Source: Mobula hypostoma (lineage: Eukaryota). From it: DNA of 64,000 nt. The notes under the pieces are model-generated. The model was not told where the DNA came from. It ran no database searches and saw only the letters and a list, made by a program, of their open reading frames with translations. Within the stretch, counting starts at the first letter, position 1. Each line of letters opens with the position of its first letter. Of this stretch, positions 13,940 through 27,330 are shown piece by piece. The stretch is taken from contig NC_086101.1 in NCBI RefSeq assembly GCF_963921235.1, positions 67,890,001 through 67,954,000 of the forward strand, in the 5' to 3' direction. A program made the translations under genes and the position numbers.

Positions 13940-14062
13940 GGAGATACAAGAGACTGCAGATGCTGGAATCTGAAGAAACACGCATTCTGCTGGAAGAATT
14001 CAACAGGTCAAGCTGCCTCAGTAGGAGGAATTAAATTGTCAATGCTTCAGGTTGAAACAACC
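13940..14062 (-). mobile_element. Degenerate Penelope pseudo-LTR fragment
   Basis: CTGCAGATGCTGGAATC..TGCTGGAAGAA.TCAACAGGTCAAGC resembles the pLTR sequence at 28935-29066 and 54268-54896. Confidence 0.65.
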
Positions 14063-14479
14063 TAAGGAAACAATGAACTGAAGTAACGAAGTCACATTTC
14101 TGCATTTCATTTCCCATCTGTCATTCGCTCAGCTTGTCAATATTTTACAGGAAACTTTTTATATGTTCCTCTATACTCACAGTCATAGATAAGATAAGAT
14201 ATAGGAGCAGAATTAGGCCAAGTCTGCTTAGCCATTTCATCATAGTAGTTCAATTTTCCCTCTCAGCCCCAACTGCCTGCCTTCTCCCTGTATCCCTTCA
14301 TGGCCTGACTCCCTAGCAAAATCCCACTATGCAAACTTGGAAATAAATCATTTGGTCCCCTCAGCCAGATCATTGATATGTATTGTGAATATCTAGGACC
14401 ACACCACTGCCCCTGATGTACCCCATTAGCCAATTAAAAATTGATATGATTACTCTCATTCTGCTTTCTGTCCAAGAAG

Positions 14480-14986
14480 ATACCTAATCAACCAATCATG
14501 TGACAACTCAATGCACAGAAGCATGAAGACTTGGTCAAGAGGTTCAGTTGTTGTTCAGACCAACCATCAGAATGGGGAGGAAATTTGATCTAATTAATGA
14601 CTTTAATCATAGGATGATTGCTGGTGCCAGACCGGGGTTTTTGAGCCGACCTCCTTGATTTTCACACACAACAGTCTCCAAAGTTTACGGAGAATGGTAA
14701 AAAAAAATGCGATAAAGAAATCCAATGAGTGGAAGTTCTGTGGGTGAAAACACCTTGTTAATGAGAGGGGCCAGAAGAGAATGGCCAGACTGGTTCATGC
14801 TGACAGGTAGGTGACAGTAACTCAAGTAACCATGCATTATAAGAGTGGTGTGCTGAAGAGCTCCTCTGAATGCACAGCACCTCGAACCTTGAAGTGGATG
14901 ATCTGCGGCAGCAGGAGACCATGAACATACACTCAGTGGCTACTTTATTAGGTGCAGGGGATACCTAATAAAATGGCCAAAGAGAG
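14480..14986 (+). mobile_element. Non-autonomous Tc1-like DNA transposon, copy 1
   Basis: Tc1 N-terminal DNA-binding remnants (FSHTTVSKVY.EW; RGQKRMARLV.ADR); TIR CACTCAGTGGC.ACTTTATTAGG; TA flank. Confidence 0.8.
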
Positions 14987-15481
14987 TACATCTCAGTCCG
15001 AATTGTTGTTACACCTAAATCCATGTGCTCTAACTGTGTTGCCCAAACACCTGTGTGAAACATTGTTGAAGGCCTCCTATATATCCAATGCACTATGCTC
15101 CCATGCCCAAAATACTTCAGCAGATAAGTTAGGCACAATTTTTCTTTAATAGGTCCTTACTAACTCTGCATAATCCTATTGACTTTTTCAGGTATTCAGT
15201 ATTGCACCTTTTATTGTGGATTCCAATAATTTCCCTCCACATTCAAATATTTTGGTCACTCTTCCCTAAAGACCTACAGTATTCACAACAAAATTATCAA
15301 TTAACCTTTTATCATTAGTTTATGTTTATATTTTTTTTCAGAAAAAACCTCCTGTCATCCCCCTTATTTTCCACTTTTAGTATCTGATCTACTGCAGATC
15401 AACTGTTATAACGTTAGAAGGGTGAACGTTTAAGGTAGCTTGATGACATCTCAGACTGAAGGCATGCTTTGGGAGCACAAT

Positions 15482-18400
15482 TCTAGGGTAATGTATTTGG
15501 TGGAAACGTATATAATTCACAAACACTAACATTGCGTTGGGGTTCACCTTAAGAGGTCGGTCTGACGTGAAGGTGTGTTCCATGAAGTTCTGTTACCACA
15601 CTTTTTATGTCCAGTGTTTGGAGTACAATAAATAAGTTGTTATGGTTTTTCTTAAACATAAAATGACTCACATCCTTTTAGTTGCAAGAACCTACTTTGG
15701 TGACCCTGATGCTCTAGGAGGATTCCAAAACTATTGAATGCGTCAGCCAATGAGGTCGCTTTGAAACTGCCAGAGTTTTGGGAACAAAATGCCATTGCTT
15801 GGTTTGTACAAGCCGAGGCCCAATTCATGCCATGAGAAACCACTGTCGATGACACAAAATATTGCTATGTGGGAACAACGCTCAGCAACTCCACGGTTGT
15901 GAAAGTTGTGAGTCTACTAGAATACCCACCAGTCGCTGAAAACCAACCTTCTACAGACTTTTGGACTATCGGAGTCTGAGTGCACCAAAGAGTTACTCTC
16001 TTTGCTCAGCCTCGGTGATGTTAAGCCATCGGAGCTAATGGACCACAATCTGTCTCTTGTGGTCTATTACCATCCTTGTTTTATTTTTAGAGAACTCTTC
16101 ATACACCAAATGCCTGATTAAGTTCACATAGCCCTCGGTGATCCACCCGTGAAGGACTATAGGGAGCTTGCTATAAAGGCTAAGAGTCTACACTCAGCCA
16201 GGCAGTGGTGCATAATTCCTCCTCTTTACCCTGCCTCACTAAGCCCAGCCAGCAAGGCCTCCAACATAAGCACGTAAAACAGACTACTAACTAATGCTGT
16301 GAAGCAGACTACACCAGAAAGTGCCAACCACCTTACAGCTTCAACAGTGCCAGCATATCAGGACATCAGAGGTCTGTGGACGTTGACCGTTCACTACAGA
16401 CACCCTCTCAGGGTGATTCTTCCTGGGTGACATGGGTACTCAAGTATTGCTATTGATGAAAAGGCAAAGAGCAACAAAACCTCACTGGAGGTTTTCCACC
16501 AATGGCAGAAGGATCCAGTCTTACCGGACACAACGGGTAATGCTCTGCTTCTGTGGGTGAAGTTGCACATGGTATTTCATCCTAGCTAAAGTGGCTAGAC
16601 CTCTGCTCATTGCAGATTTCCAGTGAGCCCAAGGACTGTTAGTCAAGCTTCAGAACTGCTGGCTTGTGAGTGTCAAGGAATTTGTGTCATAACCCAGCGC
16701 CCCCAGTAACTTCCCCACAACACCTCTGTCAAGCACATGCACCACCTCATCGGAGTTTACTCAACTACTGAGTGATTCCCCAAACCTCACCATGCCCACA
16801 TTCTCCACTACAATTACAAAACATAGGGCTGAACACCACATTCTCATAATTGACCCACAAGTCCATGCCAATGTGTGCGTAGACAGGACCCAGAATACCT
16901 GGCAACCGTGAATGCTGAGTTTGCAAACATGAAAAAATTTGGCATTCTGTACCAGTTGAATAGCCCTTGGGCTTTGCTTCTTGGGTACCTAAGTTCAATA
17001 GTGGTTGCTGAACGATGCTGCCACCCTTGATCATTACCCAATCCCATAAATCCCAGACTTTTCTGCATGTTTAGCCAGAAAGTTAATTTTTTCCAAAGGT
17101 GATTTAGTTAGATGCTACCATCAGGTGCCTGTGTGCTCAGAAGACATTCCCAAAACAGCTTTGATAAACCCATTTGGCCTCTTTAAGTTTGTGCACATGC
17201 CATTTGGGCTGAAAAATGCAGCACAGGCTTTCCAATGACAGATGCAGTCTGTATTAAGAGACATATTTTCTTTTTGTTTACCTGGATGACATAGTTGTCA
17301 CTAGTGCATCCAATATTGCATCTTTGCACACTTTTCAAGCACTAAACCAACATGGGTTGATAATTAACCCTGCTAAATATCAGTTTGGGTTGTCAACCAT
17401 TGACCTACTCTGCCATTACATCTCTGCAAAGCCTCTCCAACCAAAAGCAGCCGCTGTTATGGATTTCCTTCAGCCCCACACTACTAAAAACACTACAGTT
17501 TTTAGATGAACTTCTATCACTGTTTCGTTCCGCGAGCTGCTGAAATTATGCTCCCACTCGATAGTGCATTTAAAGACAATACCCCTATTCAGGTGCTTGA
17601 TTGGTCAGCAGACATGATCAGGGCTTTTGATGATACTAAGGGAGCTCTTTCCAATGTAACCCTACTGGCACACCTGCTACCCGATGCTCCCATAGCAATT
17701 ATTACTGATGCTTGTTGTGGTTGTGGTGCATGAACAATTGGTTGGAGACGTGCAGCAGCCACTCGCTTTCTTCAGCCGGCAGTTCTGTCTCCTCAAAAGG
17801 AAGTACAGTACATTTCACCATGAGCTTCTCGGTCTCAATCTGGCTGTCAGCCATGTTTGTTTTCTTCTAGAGGGATGCTATTGACCACAAACCCATCATG
17901 CTTGCGATGGCCAAGATATCATACCCTCGGTCTTCACAGTAGCAACATCACCTGGCTTAAATATCCGAGTTCACAACTGATATACAACCTATCAAGGGGG
18001 AAATAATGCTGTGGCTGATTGCTTGTCATGGACAGTCATTGAGGCCTTACACATAGGGGTTGATAATGCCAGCATTGCAACCAACTAAGCTACTGACCCA
18101 GAGGTTCAGTCTTACCGAGCAGCAGACACAGGCCTGTGGTTGGCTGACATTAAGTTCGGGGAAGCTAGGATTTCTTTTCTGTGCGATGTCTCAACTGGTT
18201 GCCCTTACCCCATAGTGCCTGCAAACCAGAGGCGGACTTTTTAAAATTTCATACATAGCCTTCCGCCTCTGGGCCAGGAAGGTCTCACAGAAACTGTTCA
18301 TACTAAAGTTTGTGTGGCACAGCCTCAGAAAGGACAGGTGTGATTGGACTGCGACCTGTGTGCACTGCCAGTGGGCATAAATTAACCACCATGTCCAGGT

Positions 18401-19548
18401 GCCATGGCACCTTTTGAGGTCCCTGAGTGACAGCTTGACCACGTAAATGTGGACCTGTTAGTCCTCTTCCCTACTCCCATGGTTTCATGCACTTACTTAC
18501 TATGGTGGATCGTACCACCAGGTGGCCAGAGATCATCCCCCTAGCATCGACGATGGCTACAGACATATCTCACATGGTCATCAGCACCTGGGTTGTTCGG
18601 CTAGGCACCCCATATCCATATCAGACCATTGCACTGTGATGGCCCAGAACCTCAGTGTTAGGCTATATCACACCATGCTGTATCACCACAGTCTGATGGT
18701 CAATGAGAGTGGTTTCACTGATCCTTAAAGGCTGCTCTCAGGGCTTCCCTGACAAAGGAGTGTTGGCATAATTGCCTCCTGTGGGTGCTGCTGGGGCTCA
18801 AAACACCTCCAAAAGAGGACCCATAGTCGTCTGCGGCTGAGCTGATATATAGGCAGCTGTCATGAGTGCCATGTGATTTTATTCCTGAGGCCACGTCCGC
18901 CTGGTTGGACTCACAACAACATTCCATCCTCCTCAGTAAATTCAATTATTTTTACCTATTCCTACCTCCCATCATGGAGTACAGCACTCCTAGGTTCCTG
19001 CTGACTTACATTCCGCTTCGTTTGTTTTCGTCCGCCATGAAACACCCAACATTCCACAACCTGGAATGGCGAGAGAAGACTTCTCTCATAGGTAGGAGAG
19101 GTAAACCTGAATGTGTTTCGGTAGATCGCCTTAAACCCGCCCACCAGCATTTGGAGGAGTCCGCTACCATGCCCCTGCCATCATGACATGGCCGTGAGTG
19201 CGTCAGCACACCTCTGGATGAGCCAGAGAGACCAGCTGTTCCTCCACCCATGGAACATAGGACCCGAGCTGAGTGGCTTGCCCGAGCGGACAGGCTCACA
19301 ACGCTGGTTTTAGTGAATTCTGGGGGGAGGGGAGCCTGTGTAGGGTAATGTAATTGGTGTAAACGTATAATAATTCACAGCCACTGACATTGAGTTGGAG
19401 TTCACTTTAAGTAGCTGGTCTGATGTGATGATGTAATTACCTAAAGTTCTGTTACCACACATTTTGTGTTCAGGGTTTGTAGTACAATAAATGAGTTGAT
19501 ACAGTTTTTCTTAAACATAAAACACTGTTTCATTTACAAAAGCCAACA
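15482..19548 (+). mobile_element. Full-length decayed Gypsy LTR retrotransposon
   Basis: LTRs ~15482-15696 and 19339-19548; PBS TGGTGACCC(T)GA at 15698 (tRNA-Trp type); PPT 19322-19334; gag LKLPEFWEQNAIAWFVQAEAQF; RT MPFGLKNAAQAFQ and YLDD; IN VSVDRLKPA; TSD CAAT/CATT. Confidence 0.92.
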
Positions 19549-19626
19549 CATTGATTATTCTATCCTTTCTATTGATTTTTGATTGTGAATAAATTGTCTT
19601 CAGGATACTGCTCCAGTTTAAGATAA

Positions 19627-22600
19627 CCTGGCACACTGGGGGGGTGTCCGACAGCTCGCCTCAGCGTTCCTAATGGCCAGCACTACTTAATGTTCTTGTC
19701 TTAAAGTGTGTTTGTGGAATTCTGGTGAGATGTTAAAGTTCATTTGTTGTTACATTTTAGCTCAGGTTGTATAGTTATTCACTTGTGTGTTTGTGGGTCA
19801 CCCTGACTGTAACCAGGGTGTGTGATCATCACCTCCCCCGTCTGTATGAGTCTGAATTGGTTCTCGCCAAGCAATGGCGCTCTGTCCATTATTCGGCTTG
19901 TCACAATAAAAAACATCTTTTGAGATAAACAAGTTCTTCTCATCTGTCATCATGGACTGAATGCTCACCTCACTGGTGTCAGGAGTGGGATTGGAAATTG
20001 GTGGCAAAATTGAAGAGCTGTGACATCAGCTGGACCCGGGGAGTAAGTCGAAGAACCCAGCGGTATGCCAGCCCCGCATCTCTGGACCAGGCTCCCGAAG
20101 ACAGGACAGCAACCTGGAGGGAGAGCCTGTGAACTGAGCATCATGTCTTCCCGGGGAACCCGATGAGGCAAGTGTACCCAGACAACCCAACCCCAGGTAC
20201 ATGGTGCAGAGCATCAGCTGCCTACATCATGGCCCACACCGGGTAACCCAAGAGAGAACAGGCAACGCTGCAGGTACCACTGACGCCACTAGAGAAAGGG
20301 GAGGACCAATCGGCCTCAGCAGTTCATGCTACAAGGTCCACCCTGAAGTTTGACAGATACAATGGTACCAGCCACCTGGAGCCTTTTTTTTGGTGCGAGT
20401 CAAACTTGCCGCACGGCACAGCAGCTAGAGCCCCAGCGAGACTGTGGTGAACCTTGCTCTGATGCTGAAGGGGGATGCCCTGTGGACCCTCCTCAACTTA
20501 AAACCAGCTGAGCGGTGTGACTACAGGGCCCTCGTAGTGGCACTGGAGTGGCATTTCGGGCAGGCACCACTGGAGGAAGCAATGAAGGAAGAACTTGGCA
20601 GCAGGGAGCAGCATGTGGAAGAAAGCCTGGGGGTGTTCACGGCAGATCTCCGCCACTGTGCTCGGCATGGCTATCCCCAGTTCCTTCCTGCGGCCCAGGA
20701 AGAGCTTGCCCTCCGTGCCTTTGTAAAGCCACTGACACTGGACCGCCTTTGGCAGCATGTTTGCCTGGTATCATCATCGTCGCTGGACGAAGCGTTGGCT
20801 TAGGCAGAGAGGGCAGTAGCAATTTTAGACCCCCCCCCCCAAGCGTTCCGGCGTCACCTCGCATGCCAAGAGCCTGTGCTTGTGTCACCGAGGCAGAGGA
20901 GGAAACTAATGAGGTGGAACCCATGCAACAGGACCAACTAGTGCCATGCTGCTCCCACCACGTGCCACAGTGCGACCTCTGCCACTGGTGCAATGAGGCA
21001 GACCATTTGGCCTGGGACTGCCCCGCACCAACACCACGCCAAGGCCCAGCGCAGTCATCGGGATATGCCAAGTGGGCAGCGCTGCCCGAGAACAAGCAGC
21101 ATCCCTCTCTGGGTGGGTCATTTGGGTGAAGAGCAAGGCTTATAATTGGACGGCGTGGTGGAGGGCATTAAATGTCGTGAACACATGATCAACCATCAGC
21201 ATCTTCTGTCCCGTTGTCCCCCACAACACAGACCAGCCGTCCCCGCCTGGGTGGGCAACGACGGCACTTCAGCTGACTGCAGTCACCGGCAACTGTATGG
21301 TGATGAGAGGGGAGAGGTGGCTGTGCATCTCAGTGGGGAAAAGCAGTGGAGCACGAGGTTTGGTTAGCTGACATCTGGGACTCCTGCATCATTGGCTTCG
21401 ACCTGCTTTCGCGCTGGTGGGGGCCCGTGTGGATGTGCTGAGGGGGCAGCACTCTACCTCGCCACTGGTACAGGGAAGCTCCAGGAAGCAGACCAAGCGG
21501 GCACAGCAACAACCACCACCGGCCTCACAGCAGCCCGCAGCAGTCCCACACAACACAGCAGAGCTAGGGCCAGGCAACGATGGCGACACTTCAGGTGACA
21601 GCTGGCAGCGAGGTAGACTTCCCTAACATTGACTATCAGCTGCTGTGCAGTGAGCAGGAGAACGATCCTGTGCTGGCCTGATTGAGGGGATGGCTGAGCA
21701 TGGGATGACGGCTGGAATGGGCAGGGGCCTCTGGAGACCAAGGCCCTATACTCTCAGTGGGGAACGATGGAGATGTGCGATAGGTTGCTGTTCTGGCCAT
21801 GGAGGTGGAAGTTTACTAATGGCAAAAAACATCTCCTGCAGCTGGTGGTCCCCCGGGGGCTCCGCACGGTTGTGCTGCAGTCGGTGCACGGGCTGGAGTG
21901 GCGGGGTGGAGGGTGGTCATTTCATAATCACAAAGACGTTGAGAAACGTGCATGAATGCTTCTATTGGCCAGGCTGCAGGAGCTGTTCGTGCACTACTGA
22001 AATGCTTGAATGCCCCAGAAGGGGCCAGACCACCAGTCTGGGGAACCAATGCAGCAATAACTGGTAGGAGCACCAGTATGCATCTCCTGCCTCACCTAGA
22101 TGATGGGACTATCTCCCAAGCTTGGAAGTCACTGGAAAAGGCCAGGAAAAGTGTTCCACCATATCTCCGATGTGGTAACCCAGGTGTGGTTGCCTGAGCA
22201 GTGGAAGGCAGTCATGCTGCACTGGGATCAGCTGGCACCCTTGGCCACCACCAACCCGGTGAACCGGAAGGAAGGAAATGATACTCTGTGCACCCTGCCT
22301 CTTATTTCACCAAACAGTGCCTCCCCTTTGGGGTTGCCATGGACGGCAGATCCCTCAGGTGGGAGCAGTGTGGCGTTCCAGGAGCTTGGTCAACAGCTTG
22401 CCCCAGCATTCCTAGCGGCCAGTGCTACTTATTGTTCTTGTTTTAAAATGCGTTTGTGGGACTATGGTGAGATGTTCAAGTTCATTCATTGTTACATTTT
22501 AACTCGGTTATACAGTTGTTTGCTTGTGTGTTTGTGGGTCACTCTGACTGTAACCAGGGTGTGCAGTTGTCTTTCCTCCTATCTGTAGGTGACTGAGTTG

Positions 22601-22721
22601 GTTCTCACCAAGCCATGGCACTCTGTCTGTTATTGTGCTTGCCGCAATAAAAACAGCAGTTGATATAAACAAGCTCTTCAGCTCTTCTCGTCTATCATCA
22701 TGGACTTAAATGCTCAGCACA
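19627..22721 (+). mobile_element. Internally deleted Gypsy-type LTR element (gag, protease, partial IN)
   Basis: LTRs ~19627-19972 and 22369-22721; PBS TGGTGTCAGGAGTGGGATT (tRNA-Leu) 19974-19992; gag ORF 20444-20803; zinc knuckle CHWCNEADHLAWDC (~20980-21020); IN N-terminal LVVP..LR..VL..VH...GHF...KT...FYWPG. Confidence 0.85.
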
Positions 22722-23762
22722 ATATAGAACATTCCCAGTTCTCAGTATTGGCTGAATCATCAGGTCACTGTAATTCTGATATTTTTCTCTGGATTCTAAT
22801 TCAAGCATCAGGGAGAAGTGCTGATAATGAGGATGGGAGGGGGTATGGTGAAGAGCAGATCATCGGATTCCATTATAAACATAGCAGCACCAAAGTCTTC
22901 AATGACTCTGCTTTCTGCCTTGGTTCTGTAGACATATATATGCAAGTGTTACCTTAAATGAAAGAGTTTGCATGATGTTGGGAAATGGTTCTAAAAGACA
23001 GCAACTCCCTTTATAGTGCTACTGTTTCTGTTATCAATTTACATCTCCCTCTCTGAGATGCTGTATTCAACAAATTTAGAAAACTATGTATTCTTTATCT
23101 ATGTCCGACATTCAGACTAGATCCTACACGTGAACATGAAGCCAATGTTTGCTTTGATCCTTTCATTACCATTTATTTTGAGATATTGGTGAATATCTTT
23201 AAAAAAGTTAATCATGATATACTGCATAATTAAAAGTAAAAATGTGTAATACTGTATTGCAAATATTTGTGGCAGGCCTGAAGATACAGAGAATTTAAAT
23301 GGCAGTGAAGTGAGCTATAAAAAACTCAAAGATAGAGAAAAAGATTATCAGAATAAATTTGCAAGAAATATAAAAAGATTGTAACAGATTTAACAAGTAT
23401 ATAAAAAATGAATAGCTAAGATAAAAATGATCCCAGAGGATGAGACCGGAATTAATAATGAAGCACTCATTTAATATGTCCATAACCCCTTTAAGCCTCT
23501 ACATCTTCCTCTGTATTCACAGTATCACCTAGATTTGTACCATCAGTAGGTCTAATATTTGGTTACCTCAACCAGATGGTCAATCTGGATGATCAAGAGC
23601 TAGTGCTGATGCAACAATTCTTGCAGTCTTAGCCTGACACCCTAAGAGAACTGCTCTTTTCTTTCTGTTAGCCGATTCTCATTCTATGTCAGCATTTGAC
23701 ACACAATTGTGTGTGTGTTCGTTCCAAACCTTGCTGACCAATCTCCTGTACAGGATCTTTTG

Positions 23763-25701
23763 AATGTATCTTATGGATTTTGAGCTGCTGATCATGAAAA
23801 TCACCATGAAATTTCCCTATCACACACCATTTTTTCAAATTGTCTATATTTGTTATTTCAATTCATAATTTTTTTTAGATTATGAAGACACGTAGTCCTC
23901 TTTTATTGTCATTTAGTAACGCATGCATTAAGAAATGATACGTTATTTCCTCCGGTGTGATATCACAAAACACAGGACAGACCAAGACTAAAAAAACTGA
24001 CAAAACCACATAATTATAACATATAGTTACAACAGCGCACAATACCATAACTTGATGAAGAAGTCCATGAGCACAATAAAGTTCAAAGTTTCTCAAATGT
24101 CCCACATCTCACGCAGACGAGAGAAGGAAGAAAAACTCTCCCTGCCATGCCGACCACAATCCGACTCTGAGTCATCCGAAAACTTCGAGCTCTGATCAGC
24201 TCTCCGACACCGAGTACTGAGCGCCATCTCTGTCCAAACGATTCAACCTCCTTCTCGGTCGCCAAAAGTAGGCAAGACCGGGGATTTTGAGGCCTACCCT
24301 CTGAAAGATTCCCAACCACACAGTAACGACAGCAGCGAACGGGCGCTTCAGAAATTTCTCCAGATGTTCCTCTGTGCTTTCACGTCCATTCTCCATCAAA
24401 TCAGAATTGTCCACGGCCCCTATTTAACAGATACAATATCATTTTTCACCGGAGGGCTGCGCACAAGTCAATGTTGTCCATAATACAAGCTGAAAAGTTT
24501 TCTATCTACTGTGAACTCATTATAATAAAATAATTGTATTTTGAGGAGCATTTGTGATAGCAAAATGTCTCAGAAATGGTGCTTTACCCATGATACTTCC
24601 TGTTATATTTGTGCAAGTATACACTTAAATCTAAAAGATGGACCATGACCCCTCTTAATAAGAAAGCCTATGAGCTCTACTGTGGGTGTAAAATTGGTAA
24701 CCAAGACAAAGCCTGGGAGGTAACCAGAAGCCAATGCCGTTCACTGTCCCAATGATATGGCAAGAGCAGAAGGATCATGTGACAAACTGCTGCTTCCGTC
24801 TGACCAGTGTGTCTGGTTACTCTGCTAAAAACAAGAAATGAGTCCAGAATGGAAACCAACACTGATACTGATACAGATTTTGAACTCTTCACGTTGAGTA
24901 AGCCTCATTTGATAATTCAATCTGAGTTTAATGACCTGGTCAGAGACTTGTGCTTGTCAAAGACAAAAGCAGAATTGCTGCGTTCAAGACTGCAAGAATA
25001 GAATCTGCAGTCACCAGCCACAAAATGTTCTGTGAAGGATTTCGATACTCAAGGCAGATGTTTCCCAACATAACTTATGCCAAGATTAAGGCATTTTTGT
25101 TGGTCCACAAATCAAAAAGATCACAAATGACAGGCAATTCGAAGAACTTCTAGTGGGATCAGAGAAGATCACATGGAAGGCATTCAAGGATGTTGTTGAA
25201 ATTTTTCTTGGGAACTGCAGAGCTGCAAACTACATGCAGCTGGTTGAAAACATGCTTCAGGCATACAAAACCATGAAGTGCAACATGTCACTGAAGTTTC
25301 ATTTTCTGCATTCCCATTTAGACTTCTTCCTTGCAAATCTTGGTACTGTCAGCGATGAGCTTGGTGAAAGGTTTCACTAGGACATTGCATCATGGAGAAA
25401 CGGTATCAGGGCAACTGGAATCCCTCAGAGCTGGCTGATTATTGTTGGATACTCAGTCATTAAGTACAAACAAAAATCATCAACAAAACATTTTTAGCTT
25501 AGTTGAACTATTACAAAGCATCAGCACCATTATGCAATTAAATGCCTAATATTCAAGGAAAGTTAATTTCTCGTTTCTCCAAATTCCTGCTTGATACAAG
25601 TACCTAAGATTATATTTGTGTTCAGCTTCAAGCAGTCTATCATAACCAAAAATAAATAATTCTGAGGAAGCAACACTTTCAAAAAACTTTGCCATCCAGT
25701 G
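23763..25701 (+). mobile_element. DNA transposon deletion derivative (TA-flanked; m44-like assignment tentative), copy 1
   Basis: QSEFNDLVRDLCLSK.KAELL.SRLQ and HFLHSHLDFF..NLG.VSDE.GERFH motifs; right TIR ends CCAGTG|TA at 25701; interrupted by 23876-24465. Confidence 0.8.
23876..24465 (-). mobile_element. Non-coding LINE-mobilised element, copy 2 (inside the DNA transposon)
   Basis: Colinear with and closely similar to 12646-13273. Confidence 0.78.
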
Positions 25702-25878
25702 TATTTAGCTGGTTCCTTTATAAGACTACTAGAAGGTATAAAATAATAGTTATATAGACTCGAATTGAAATAGTACCTGGAATATTCCATGCAAGTTGGT
25801 TTTCCTCACATAGAAAAGAAGATCCCTTTGATCCCGTTCTACTTACTGATCAGTATCTTCTCCATAAGTTAAGCTGTA

Positions 25879-26480
25879 CGAGGGGTGATTGATAAGTTCA
25901 TGGCCTAAGGTAGACGGCGTCAATTTTAGAAAACCTAGCACATTTATTTTTCAACATCGTCCCCTCCTACATTTACACACTTAGTCCAGCGGTCATAGAG
26001 CATACGGATCCCTTCTTTGTAGAAGTGGTCCACTGCAGGGGTTATTGATAAGTCCGTGGCTGAAGGTAGAGGGAGATGATTTATTAACTTTAAACTTTCT
26101 GCATTATCACTCAAAGAGTTGAACTGCACCTGCATGTAACAAGAGCATCTTGGACATCCAGGTGGTCCACAGCAGGGGTAATTGATAAGTTTGTGGCCTA
26201 AGGTAGAAGGAGATGAGTTATACCACTCTGGTTACATGCACGGGCAGTTCAACTCTTTGAGTGATAATGCAGAATGTTTGAAGTTTTAAACTCAAATCCT
26301 ACCGTAGGCCACAAACTTATCAATCACCCCTGCTGTAGGCCACTTCTGGAGATCCAAGACACCGACTTCTACAAAGAAGGGATCCATATGCTCCACGACC
26401 GCTGGACTAAGTGTGAACATGTAGGAAAATTAAATGTGCTAGGTTTTCTAAAATTGACTCCTTCTACCTTATCAATCTCA
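25879..26480. mobile_element. Mariner-derived foldback MITE, copy 1
   Basis: TA|CGAGGGGTGATTGATAAG TIR; both arms encode the mariner C-terminus FYKEGI.ML.DRWTKC (ORFs 25944-26135 minus and 26274-26528 plus). Confidence 0.85.
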
Positions 26481-26669
26481 TATCTCATTGTTTTCAATTT
26501 TGAGGCAATTACATACAAGTATAATTAAAGATTCGTAAACACCGTAGATACGATATCGTAAGGTAAGCACAAAGGCATAGATATGACTGGCAACTGCAAA
26601 TTATCTCTCATATAGGCAGGTTGTAGCAGAGTCAATGGAAAGTGAACAGATTGTAGGAAAGTAATTGGT

Positions 26670-27330
26670 GGAGTTTGATGAGCAAGTCAAATGCAATGTT
26701 AGCATTCATTTTGAGAGTACTAGAACATAAAAGCAAGCTTGTAATGTTGAGATTTTATAAAGCACTGATGAGGCCTCACTTGGAGTATTGCGAGCAGTTT
26801 TGGATCCTTTATCTAAGAAAGGATGTGCTGACGTTGGAGAAGGTTCAAAGGAAGTTTTCAAAAATCATTCTGGGATTGAAAGTCTTATCATACAAAAATT
26901 GTTTGATGTCTCTAGGGCAGTATTCACTGAAATTCAGAAGAATGAGGGGTGATTTCATTGAAACCTATCGAATATTGAAAGGCCTCAATAATATGGAGAG
27001 GATGTTTCCTATAGCGAGGGACTCGAAGAACAGAAGATACAGCCTCAGAATATAGGAGCATCCTTTTGGAATGGAGATGAAAAGGAATTTCTTTGGCCAG
27101 GCAGTGGTGAATCTGTGGAATACATTGCCACAGGTGGCGGTGGAGGCCAAGTCATTGTGCGTGTTTAAGGCAGAAGTTGATAGATTTATGATTAGTCAGG
27201 GCACGAAGGGATATGGGGAGAAAGCAGGACATTGAGACTGTGAAGGAAAATGGATCAGCCATGACGACTTAGTGGAGCAGACTCAATGGACCAAATGGCC
27301 TAATTCTGTTCATATATCTTATGGTCTTCT
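26670..27330 (+). mobile_element. CR1 3' fragment
   Basis: ORF 26675-27055 ..YKALMRPHLEYCEQFW..RMRGDFIETY; CR1 3' UTR and TTATGGTC-type tail. Confidence 0.9.

Noticed and set aside
20548-21129. 193-aa ORF as a host gene
   Set aside because: Frameshift chimera of LTR-element gag; only the zinc knuckle part is meaningful.
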